Source: a virus. Taken from it: DNA of 49,306 nt. This document shows, one piece after another, positions 40,861 through 49,306 of this stretch; the first letter of the stretch is position 1, and each line of letters starts with the position of its first letter. The stretch lies in IMG/VR virus record IMGVR_UViG_2654587756_000001; one strand, 5' to 3'. A program made the translations under genes and the position numbers. The notes under the pieces are model-generated. The model saw only the letters and a program-made list of their open reading frames with translations, had not been told where the DNA came from and ran no database searches.

Positions 40861-41670
40861 ATGGGTCGAGGAAACTCTGATGTTATATATTTTTTAGAAC
40901 AGCATGAACAGGAAATAATAAACTGCTGCAAGAAAGGAATGAGCAATAACGAAGTCAGAAAATTACTAAAAACAAAATATAATAGAGATGTTGCAGACAT
41001 TACCTATAGAAAATTCAAAGCTAATTTAAATCTGACTAAAAATGATTTTCTTGAAACATTATTGGATGAAATAATAGCTATGAAAACATCTGGAGCAACA
41101 GATGAAAGCGTCAGAAGATGGCTGGCAGAAGAACATGAATTCGAAGTAAGCAGAGCATCATTTTCAAGATTCAAAAAGAAATATCATTTAACAGACAAAG
41201 ACAAAGACCCAAGAGCAAGAGATAAAGAAGCATTAACAAACAGAGCCATTAACCAAAGACAAATAACAGATAATAATCTTCATCATGATAATATTGACAT
41301 AGCTATTGATACAATCCTCCAGCAACAGGTCACAGACATTAAGACTGGTCTGGAAAATCTGGATAAGATAACAAAAAATGCAGTGGGAATTGAAATTGAC
41401 TTTGAAAAACTGGATCAAGAAGTAAGATACCATGCAGGAGAAAAAAGTCTAGCAAGATACTTACTTGATTTGGCTGAATTAAAAATAAGATACTTGGAAT
41501 TGTCTGTACGTGCATTTGACGCTAAAAACAAATTATTCAAAGATGAAATGGACAGATTATTTAAAAATCGTGTTCTTGAACTGGAAGATAAAAAAATAGA
41601 GATGTCTCAAAAGGATATAATGAATGAAATAGAAGTTCTTGCAAAACAAATAGATGATAATAATGTATGA
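40861..41670 (+). CDS. terS: Putative terminase small subunit
   Basis: Two HTH-like repeats (SNNEVRKLL..KY / TDESVRRWL..EH) and a coiled coil; overlaps terL. Confidence 0.6.
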   Translation: MGRGNSDVIYFLEQHEQEIINCCKKGMSNNEVRKLLKTKYNRDVADITYRKFKANLNLTKNDFLETLLDEIIAMKTSGATDESVRRWLAEEHEFEVSRASFSRFKKKYHLTDKDKDPRARDKEALTNRAINQRQITDNNLHHDNIDIAIDTILQQQVTDIKTGLENLDKITKNAVGIEIDFEKLDQEVRYHAGEKSLARYLLDLAELKIRYLELSVRAFDAKNKLFKDEMDRLFKNRVLELEDKKIEMSQKDIMNEIEVLAKQIDDNNV

Positions 41671-43072
41671 TGAAAACGACAAATTTTATTTAGATGCAAG
41701 AGACAAAGCTATTCTTCAGAAATGTGTATATGAAAATCCATATATACCATTTAATCCATTTCCAAAGCAAGCAGAAATGGTATTGGCAACAGAAAAGGAA
41801 GTATTAATCGGAGGTGCTGCAGGAGGAAGTAAATCAACCAGTTTATTAATGAGGGCATTATTTTATGTTCAGGATGATGTTAATGAATATCATGCGTTAA
41901 TCTTGAGACGTACTTTATCTGACTTGAAGCGTAAAGGAGCTTTAATTCATAAAGCTAGTCAATGGCTAAATCGAAAGGAAATTCAAAATAATCAAGCTAT
42001 TAAACCAAAGTGGGATGGAACTGAACACTCATGGACATTTCCAAACGGCAATTCATTAACATTTGGATATTTAAGAAATATCAATGACCTGGACACATAC
42101 CAAGGTTCAGAATATCAGTTCATAGGCATAGATGAACTAACACAACTGGAAAGATTCAAATACATCTATATGCGCTCACGTGTAAGAAAAACAAAAGACA
42201 ATAAACTCCCAACACAACTAATGTGCTCCAGTAACCCTGGTAAGCGTGGAAACAAATGGGTACGTGAAAGATTCATAGAAAAAATAGATGAAGACATACA
42301 GGACAAATCACAAATAAGATTTATCAGCTCCAGCTATTTGGACAATATCTATTTGGATAGAAAAGACTATGAAGAATACTTAATGGGTCTTGACAGAGTT
42401 ACACGTGAACAGTTAATGAACGGTAACTGGTATGCTTCAGTTAAAGGTCAGCTATTTGACGAATCAGACTTCCACATAATCTCTTATGATGAATATCTAA
42501 AAATTCCAATAGTCAGAATTATCAGGTATTGGGACTTAGCAGCTACTGAAGTACTAAATGATGATAAACTGAAAGGCGATGATCCAGATTATACTGCTGG
42601 AGTATTGCTGGCTAAAGATCTATCTGGAAATATCTATATTTTAGATTCATACGAATTTCAGCTCGAGTCAAGAAACCTGATTAATGAAATACTAAATACG
42701 GCAGCACGTGACAATTCGGATGTTCAGTATATTGAATTAGATGGGAGTACAGGTAAAAACTTTGGATTACTTATAATTGATGAGCTAACGAGAAGAGGAT
42801 TCACTACCGGTGTTGGTAACTCAAGAGAAAATAAAGTAGATCGTGCAAGAAGAGTTTCCGCTGATATCCAACTGAATGGAATTTACCTTGTTGGAAAGGA
42901 TAGAACAGGGTTCACCAAAAAATGGGCCATGGAATTTCTAGAAAAAATTACAGCTTATCCAAATGAAGCTATTCATGATGACTGTGTAGTGGCATTTACT
43001 GGAGGATATGAAAAAATAGCTAGTGAAAAACAAACTCAGAGAGTTGATGTAGATAAATGGTATTCTACATAA
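41654..43072 (+). CDS. terL: Terminase large subunit
   Basis: PFPKQ, Walker A GGAAGGSKS, Walker B IGIDEL, CSSNPG, nuclease YWDLAA and HDDCVVA. Confidence 0.95.
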   Translation: MIIMYDENDKFYLDARDKAILQKCVYENPYIPFNPFPKQAEMVLATEKEVLIGGAAGGSKSTSLLMRALFYVQDDVNEYHALILRRTLSDLKRKGALIHKASQWLNRKEIQNNQAIKPKWDGTEHSWTFPNGNSLTFGYLRNINDLDTYQGSEYQFIGIDELTQLERFKYIYMRSRVRKTKDNKLPTQLMCSSNPGKRGNKWVRERFIEKIDEDIQDKSQIRFISSSYLDNIYLDRKDYEEYLMGLDRVTREQLMNGNWYASVKGQLFDESDFHIISYDEYLKIPIVRIIRYWDLAATEVLNDDKLKGDDPDYTAGVLLAKDLSGNIYILDSYEFQLESRNLINEILNTAARDNSDVQYIELDGSTGKNFGLLIIDELTRRGFTTGVGNSRENKVDRARRVSADIQLNGIYLVGKDRTGFTKKWAMEFLEKITAYPNEAIHDDCVVAFTGGYEKIASEKQTQRVDVDKWYST

Positions 43073-43110
43073 ATATTATTTTAATAGCTTGGTGATGTTC
43101 TTTTTCTAAA

Positions 43111-44364
43111 TTAGCTTTTGCTAAATTTATTATATTCTGAGATGTGGTCCAGTAGATTAGATATGTCGCTAGAAGAGATTATATTTTTCTCATCGAATAA
43201 ATATTCAACTGTTTGTTTTTTTGAATAACTATAAATTGAATAATATTCTTTAATCAACTGTAGATCATTTTTAGATATTTTTGAAGAAAGTTCTTTCAAT
43301 AATTGGAGCCTATAAGAATCTAAAATATTTAATAATTCTTTTTTAGAATATTGGGAATCAATTATACGATCTGCTAAAACATTATCACTACAATTTTCCA
43401 ATGAAAAATATTTTTTTAATAAGATTTTTTGTTTATAATTTAAGTCTAAATCATATAAAAGATTGTTTCTAAGATGGTTTCTTGTTGATGTAAGTTCATT
43501 TATTAAAGCATCCTTTGAAAAATTATTGTTTATTAAATAATTTACAAAATTTTTTTTAGAATTCTCAAATCTAAAAATAACTAAATACCTATATTTTTTA
43601 TTTAAATCATTATAGAATTCATTAAATATAATATCATAAATTTCTTTTTCTTCATGTTCCTCAATTAAAGATTTTAAAATATCTGATTTAGAATCTTTAT
43701 CAATAGAAAAATGTTTCTTTAAAAAACTTAATGTAGAATCATCAATATTAATATATAATATTTTAAATAATCTGTTTTTTTCTTGTTTTTCTAATATTTT
43801 TAATCTTAAATCCTCTTCAATAAGTTGTAATTCTTTATTTAATTTTTTTAAATCAGATTCAATAGTTGGGATAAATTCTTCTTCTAGTTGTTTAATATTA
43901 AATATTATATCTATTTTTTCATCCTCATTACAATTAGATAATATTTCTTTTTCTTCTGAAAGTAAATTAGTTAGTGATTTAAATTTCTCTCGTTTTTCCG
44001 AGATTACTTTTAACAAAGATTTTAATTCATTTTTTTTGATTTCAATATCTACGTCCAACCCACTTTTAAAAATAAGGTCTGCTTTATTTTCATTGCATGA
44101 GCGACATAATGTTTGAAGGTTATTAATACTATTTGACCCGCCTGCAGCAAGTGGGATAATATGGTCAATAGTTAATTCTGCACCATTATTTTTACTAGCA
44201 CCACACATTTGACAACGATATCCATCTCTTCGATAAACTTTATCATACATTCCTTTAGGAAGTTTTATTCTACCTTCTCTTTCTTCAAGCGGAGTCCCAC
44301 ACATATCACAAAATTTTGACCTTGAATTTCTTTTTTGACGACATTTAGGACAATATTTTTCCAT
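43111..44364 (-). CDS. HNH endonuclease with Zn ribbon and long helical tail
   Basis: RRDGYRCQMCG...LTIDHIIPLAAGGSNSINNLQTLCRSCNENK. Confidence 0.9.
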   Translation of the reverse strand: MEKYCPKCRQKRNSRSKFCDMCGTPLEEREGRIKLPKGMYDKVYRRDGYRCQMCGASKNNGAELTIDHIIPLAAGGSNSINNLQTLCRSCNENKADLIFKSGLDVDIEIKKNELKSLLKVISEKREKFKSLTNLLSEEKEILSNCNEDEKIDIIFNIKQLEEEFIPTIESDLKKLNKELQLIEEDLRLKILEKQEKNRLFKILYINIDDSTLSFLKKHFSIDKDSKSDILKSLIEEHEEKEIYDIIFNEFYNDLNKKYRYLVIFRFENSKKNFVNYLINNNFSKDALINELTSTRNHLRNNLLYDLDLNYKQKILLKKYFSLENCSDNVLADRIIDSQYSKKELLNILDSYRLQLLKELSSKISKNDLQLIKEYYSIYSYSKKQTVEYLFDEKNIISSSDISNLLDHISEYNKFSKS

Positions 44365-44609
44365 TTAATCACCGAATTAAATAATTCCATCTTATCTAAA
44401 TAATTTTGGATGCTATGATTTTTCTTTTATAATGGGTCACATATGCGGATTCCATTATATTAATGTCCCATATATTGATTATTATTTAATATTTATAGTA
44501 ACAAGTTAATATCAATTACTGTTAATATGATTATAGCTACTACTTGTTAATCAAAAGAATATTTAGAATTTCAGTTCAGGGGTTGATAAAATTTAGGCAC
44601 TATTATCTG

Positions 44610-45155
44610 TACTGGGACTTAGTAGCTACTGAAGTACTAAATGATGATAAATTGGAATGTAATAATTCAGATTATACTGCAGGAGTTTTATTAGCTAAAG
44701 ATTCAAAAATTAATATCTATATTTTGGATTCGTATGAATTTCAGCTTGAGTCAATGAATTTAATCAATGAAATCATCAATAATGTAGCACATAATAAGGT
44801 CGATGTGCAATATAGTAATGTAGATGAAAGTATAGGTAAAAACTTTGAATTCTTAATTATTGGTGAGTTAACAAGAATATAACTTATTAATTATGCAGGT
44901 AACTCAAAATAAAATAAAATTAATGGAGTAATGAGAGTTTTCGTTGATATTCAACTGAATGGAATATGCCTTGTTGGGGAGGATGGAAGTGGGTTCACCA
45001 AAAAATGGGCCATAGAATTCTTGGAGAAGATAACTGCATATCCAAATCAGACCATTTATGATGACTGTGTGGTGGCATTCACTGGAGGATATGAAAAAAT
45101 AGCTAGTGAAAAGCAACCTCAAAGAGTTGATGTAGATAAATGGTATTCTACGTAA
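44610..45155 (+). pseudogene. Degenerate duplicate of the 3' 546 bp of terL
   Basis: Colinear with 42527-43072, same final peptide QRVDVDKWYST, in-frame stops near 44880-44911, no 5' part. Confidence 0.92.
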
Positions 45156-45283
45156 TTATAATTTTTAATTTGTTAATATTTTTTTAGAATTTTTAATTTT
45201 TTTCAAAATGAATATTTTAAGGTTGTGGATTAATATTTATATATCATTGTGCAGAAATATTATAGTACCTGAGAGAAAAGCAG

Positions 45284-45310
45284 TAAATATTTTTTATAGT
45301 ATACGGGCAA
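45284..45310 (+). repeat. 27-bp direct repeat, copy 1 (att-like candidate)
   Basis: taaatattttttatagtatacgggcaa; 26/27 identical to 46735-46761. Confidence 0.75.
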
Positions 45311-45383
45311 AATCCATTTTACAAAGTTTTTTAAATTAATAAAACAATATTTTTATTTAATTTTACTTTTAATCTATTATAAT

Positions 45384-45971
45384 ATGGGTGAGAAGTGCAT
45401 GGAAGAATATTTGATGGAAACACCAAGCATTGATTACATGAATCCTCTTTTTCAGGATAAGGTTCGGGAATTGATGAATCAATCTGAAGATAATCTGGAT
45501 TATATAAAACGATGTTACATCTTTGTTAGGGATGAAATTTCTCATTCATGGGACATTAAAACAGATGTGGTTTCAAGAACTGCCAGTGAGGTGCTTGAAA
45601 ATAAAACTGGAATCTGCTGGACAAAATCTTGTCTTCTTGCAGCACTTCTAAGAGCAAATCAGATTCCATCAGGCATCAGTTATCAGTTGCTTACAAGAGC
45701 GGATGATGCAAGTGAAGGTTATATGATTCATGCTTTAAACACTGTGTATATAAAGGATTTAGATAAGTGGATCAGACTTGATGCTCGAGGAAATAAGAAA
45801 AATATTAATGCATTTTTCAGTTTGAATGAGGAACGCTTGGCTTACACAATCCGAAGTGAACTTGGTGAAATTGACTATCATGATAACCATGCAGATTTGG
45901 ATGAAAGATTGGTTAATATTCTGATGCAAAGTGTGGATATCTTGGAGCTTACAACTGATTTTGAGTTTTAG
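45384..45971 (+). CDS. Transglutaminase-like protein
   Basis: GICWTKSCLLAALLRA, IHALN, WIRLDARG (Cys-His-Asp). Confidence 0.88.
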   Translation: MGEKCMEEYLMETPSIDYMNPLFQDKVRELMNQSEDNLDYIKRCYIFVRDEISHSWDIKTDVVSRTASEVLENKTGICWTKSCLLAALLRANQIPSGISYQLLTRADDASEGYMIHALNTVYIKDLDKWIRLDARGNKKNINAFFSLNEERLAYTIRSELGEIDYHDNHADLDERLVNILMQSVDILELTTDFEF

Positions 45972-45985
45972 TTAGAATTTCATTA

Positions 45986-46033
45986 ATATGTGTTTTTTCA
46001 TAAAGTCGCACTTTGAAAATGTTTATTATTAAT
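45986..46033 (+). repeat. ~48-bp intergenic repeat, copy 1
   Basis: ttttttc(a/g)taaagtcgca(c/g)tttgaaaatgtttatt shared with 49021-49066. Confidence 0.8.
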
Positions 46034-46080
46034 AAAAATTATAAGATTAAATAACGACCATTACATTATGGTGATTTTTC

Positions 46081-46377
46081 ATGGTTTTTACTATTGATGA
46101 TATTAGAAAAAGAGTTATTCCAATTGTAATTAAATATGGTATAAGTACTTTTAGTCTTTTCGGATCTTACGCTCGGGAAGAGGCCAATGAAAATAGTGAT
46201 TTGGATTTTGTAATGGATAAAGGTGATTTGAAAGGTCTGCAATATGTTTCTTTAGTCCAAGATTTGGAAGATGAATTTAATTGCCATGTTGATGTAGTTA
46301 GTAAAGGCAGTTCAAATAAAAAATTTCTCGAAGCAATAAGCAAGGAGGAGGTTCTTTTATATGAACGAGAAAGATAA
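46081..46377 (+). CDS. mntA: Minimal nucleotidyltransferase antitoxin
   Basis: LFGSYAREEANENSDLDF...VDVV. Confidence 0.92.
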   Translation: MVFTIDDIRKRVIPIVIKYGISTFSLFGSYAREEANENSDLDFVMDKGDLKGLQYVSLVQDLEDEFNCHVDVVSKGSSNKKFLEAISKEEVLLYERER

Positions 46378-46702
46378 AAGAAGTGCAGAAACCATAATTG
46401 ACTATTGTGACCGTATTGCTGATTATTTAAATCGATTTGATGATGATAAAGAAATTTACATGTCTGACAGTTTATATAAAGATGCTTGTGCATTAGTTAT
46501 AATCCAAATGGGAGAATTTGCCAATAGATTTTCAGATGAATTTCTTGAAGAATATGATGGAATTGAATGGGGTCAATTAATTGGATTGAGAAATGTCACT
46601 GCCCATAATTATGAAAATATAATTGATGATATAATTTGGGAAGTTATGCATGATGATGTTCCAGAAATTAAAGAATATTTAGAAAAAATTCTTTATCATT
46701 AA
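46361..46702 (+). CDS. hepT: HEPN (DUF86) toxin
   Basis: QMGE...WGQLIGLRNVTAHNY (Rx4H); overlaps the MNT gene. Confidence 0.92.
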   Translation: MNEKDKRSAETIIDYCDRIADYLNRFDDDKEIYMSDSLYKDACALVIIQMGEFANRFSDEFLEEYDGIEWGQLIGLRNVTAHNYENIIDDIIWEVMHDDVPEIKEYLEKILYH

Positions 46703-46734
46703 AGTTATCTTCAATTCAAATATTAAAAAAGTAA

Positions 46735-46761
46735 TAAATATTTTGTATAGTATACGGGCAA
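46735..46761 (+). repeat. 27-bp direct repeat, copy 2
   Basis: taaatattttgtatagtatacgggcaa. Confidence 0.75.
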
Positions 46762-47393
46762 CAAAAGATATATCTTATTTTTTGTTTATTTTACTTATTA
46801 ATTTGTAATATTAAGTTTATTCTTTATTAACCTAATATAATTTATTTGATGATTTTATTGGTTGCAATATATTGGTATTTTTAAAAAACTAGTCTTTTTT
46901 TTAAGGAATTAATTGGTCTTTTTTAGTAGGTATTTATATATTGTATGGTTTTTTTAGTATATTGACTTTAAAATTCTTTGAAAAATTATTAGGAAAACCA
47001 TTCATTAACTATTTCATATTCTATGTTTCCATAATGAATTCCTCCATACTGATGTTAACAATTAATGAAGAATATTAAAAATATAATTTTAAAAATTGAA
47101 TAAGGATAAATTTGTTAAACAAATTTTGATACATCCCTATTCAACATATAACTTGGTTGGTACTGTACCGGCCAAAACATCCTATGAGGTTATATAATCC
47201 TATGGGCATCAAGTATATAAAAGTTCTATCCATTACTTATTATCAAATTAAAACAATATTTCATTCTAAAAACAATTTTATATTCCAAAAACAATGTTTA
47301 TTTTTAAAAATAAGAAAGTATAAATAGTTTTAAAATAAAATATCTAATTCTAAAACATTACTATAATAAGATCTATTGATGGTGTTTTTATAG

Positions 47394-48971
47394 GTGGTTG
47401 ATAATATGAAATTATTTGAAAAACCAGGTTATGAAACTATAATTGGAGATGGCAGACATTTAACGGAATATATGAAAAATCTAATCAAAGAAGGTAAGAT
47501 TTCAGAAAGTGAGGCAATGTCAATTAAAGATAGATTAAAAAATGGATTTGAGAATGGCAGTATTAAAGAAGAAGAGCTAATTCTTAGGGCTCATGAAATG
47601 TTTTCTGATTTTCCGTATGATTATATATGGTTCTTTGGGAATGTTATGTCAAAGGATGAAACCTGTCCGATATGTCTTGAAAAAATGGATTATAAAGAGG
47701 GTTCTTGTAAAAATTGTGGTTTTGATCTTGATTTAGTTCATTTAAGTTTAAAAGAGTTTGAAATGATGGATATTTTCGCAGATTTTGTTGATTCACATGA
47801 AGACCTTAAGGATACAAAAGACATGCTTTTAGAAAATGATTATTATGGGGACCATTTATATAATGATTTGCTGCTCCAAATATTTTTGGATGATTCCTTA
47901 AAAAGGGAATATGATAGCCTTCATTTAAATAATTTTGTGGATTTGGATGAAATGTATGCTGATTTTAAAGAGGATACATCTGAAGAAAATTACTCCCAAG
48001 AGAATGCTCAAACAACTTGTATGGATGAAATTGAATTTTGTAAAATGGCTGACAATAAGTATCGTCTAATCCCAAGGGTTGATGATTCATATGTCATGCC
48101 TGTTGATTTGAATAGATTTAAACTTTATACTCTTGTTGATGAATGTAATGATGCAGATTTTGCATTATATGATTTGTCTTTTGTCCCATGGTGTTTTAGA
48201 CAACAACTTAGAGATTTGTCCTTTGAAGGAGGATTTTTGACTCATAATGCCTGTAAAGCTAATTGGCAGGATTTTTCAAAAGACTTGAGGCGTTGGCAAT
48301 TGAAAGAATTTTTAGAAAAACATGGTATTGATGCCACGGGCAATAAAAAACATCTTGTTCAAATAATTGCTGAAAGTAATTTGCCATTAGAAGAATTCGT
48401 GTCTGAAAAAACATTTTTAACACAAGAATCTTATGATTACTTGAAAGAATATGAATGGATTCAATTTTACATCGATAATCTTTATTATTTTGATTTTTTA
48501 GACTTTTTTGATTTTTTGGATAATCATAATGGCAGTATTGAGGAGATTTCTCTAAAATACTTGGATGAACATATTAAATTAGCTGAGGAGTCATTGGATT
48601 TTGATTATATCATGAGGACTTATGAATCCAAAACAAGAATTCTTCATTCAATTTTAAAATTGGATGAGGCATTGGAATGTGATATTCGAATATTGCATTT
48701 AAATATGAATCCTATTTGCTTACCCAATTATAGCTTTTCTTCACATGTTCCTTTAGATTCTGAAAATATTTCAAATCTAAAAGAAGCAAAATCAAAATAT
48801 GGGGAGGAAGTAATCTTCAAATCATTTAATAAAAATTGGAATTTTATGGGTTTTAAATCAATAATCATTCCTAAAAATGATGTTTGGGATTATTTAATTA
48901 ACGCATTAAATTCTAAAGATCAGAATCATGGAAGTAAAAAAATTCGTGAAAAATATTTCTTGTCTTTTTAA
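47394..48971 (+). CDS. Hypothetical acidic protein with Zn ribbon and SAP-like motif
   Basis: CPICLE...CKNCG; QLKEFLEKHGIDATGNKKHLVQII. Confidence 0.7.
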   Translation: MVDNMKLFEKPGYETIIGDGRHLTEYMKNLIKEGKISESEAMSIKDRLKNGFENGSIKEEELILRAHEMFSDFPYDYIWFFGNVMSKDETCPICLEKMDYKEGSCKNCGFDLDLVHLSLKEFEMMDIFADFVDSHEDLKDTKDMLLENDYYGDHLYNDLLLQIFLDDSLKREYDSLHLNNFVDLDEMYADFKEDTSEENYSQENAQTTCMDEIEFCKMADNKYRLIPRVDDSYVMPVDLNRFKLYTLVDECNDADFALYDLSFVPWCFRQQLRDLSFEGGFLTHNACKANWQDFSKDLRRWQLKEFLEKHGIDATGNKKHLVQIIAESNLPLEEFVSEKTFLTQESYDYLKEYEWIQFYIDNLYYFDFLDFFDFLDNHNGSIEEISLKYLDEHIKLAEESLDFDYIMRTYESKTRILHSILKLDEALECDIRILHLNMNPICLPNYSFSSHVPLDSENISNLKEAKSKYGEEVIFKSFNKNWNFMGFKSIIIPKNDVWDYLINALNSKDQNHGSKKIREKYFLSF

Positions 48972-49020
48972 ATTGATAATAATAGGAGTTTTAAATAATT
49001 GGGTGTGAATACATCTAATC

Positions 49021-49066
49021 ATATGTTTTTTCGTAAAGTCGCAGTTTGAAAATGTTTATTATTAAT
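49021..49066 (+). repeat. ~48-bp intergenic repeat, copy 2
   Basis: See 45986-46033. Confidence 0.8.
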
Positions 49067-49111
49067 GAAGTTTATATCTTATAATACAATTAGGAATAGG
49101 AGGAGATTTAT

Positions 49112-49306
49112 TTGCAAGAAAGTAATGAATTAGATTCAACATGTGGAATTTCTGATGAAGAGCTTACAGAAAGATTTAAAGCATCTATTAAAATAGATCA
49201 AGATATTTGTAAAATTAAAGGACTTCCTATTGCTGGTTATGATGATGAACTTGATTGTCCTTACATAGAATATCCTGATGGGAAAAGAGAGTATGTCAAA
49301 GAATAA
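49112..49306 (+). CDS. Small hypothetical protein
   Basis: AGGAGG RBS, TTG start; GLPIAGYD...PYIEYPDG. Confidence 0.6.
   Translation: MQESNELDSTCGISDEELTERFKASIKIDQDICKIKGLPIAGYDDELDCPYIEYPDGKREYVKE

Noticed and set aside
43111-44364. HNH as HK97 gp74-like terminase cofactor
   Set aside because: Those are small and co-oriented with the terminase; this one is 417 aa, antisense and AT-rich like the cargo.
42527-45155. Diversity-generating retroelement TR/VR pair
   Set aside because: Differences involve all four bases rather than adenines only, and no reverse transcriptase is in the window.
45156-47393. tRNA gene as integration target
   Set aside because: No cloverleaf or T-loop consensus found by eye in the right-end intergenic regions.

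Overview
AT-rich archaeal DNA from a pseudomurein-walled methanogen (Methanobacteriales, Methanobrevibacter-like; inferred from a Pei-type endoisopeptidase and archaeal TATA/RBS signals). About 1-45.3 kb is an integrated HK97-lineage provirus-like element: tyrosine integrase, MCM helicase, putative portal, protease/scaffold, two tandem major capsid protein paralogues, three paralogues of a putative capsid decoration protein, collagen-like fibre genes, holin candidates, endolysin and TerS/TerL. I can find no tape measure, tail tube, sheath, baseplate or podoviral ejection gene, and no ORF exceeds 656 aa. The virion genes are split into separately promoted blocks with many AT-rich defence-like genes between them (PD-(D/E)xK, VapBC, HEPN, PLD-like pair, GGNCC-family R-M with two REases, Panacea-like/TM/TGT-fold operon, DUF2971, HNH). 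Most notable: (1) the capsid-only architecture; (2) a fibre domain repeatedly split at the same point between adjacent genes, suggesting donor-strand-linked collagen fibres built on a decoration protein; (3) a ~600-nt GC-rich multi-hairpin region after the portal-protease block; (4) a TGT-fold protein lacking the catalytic motifs. All family assignments are by-eye motif recognition, not database searches.
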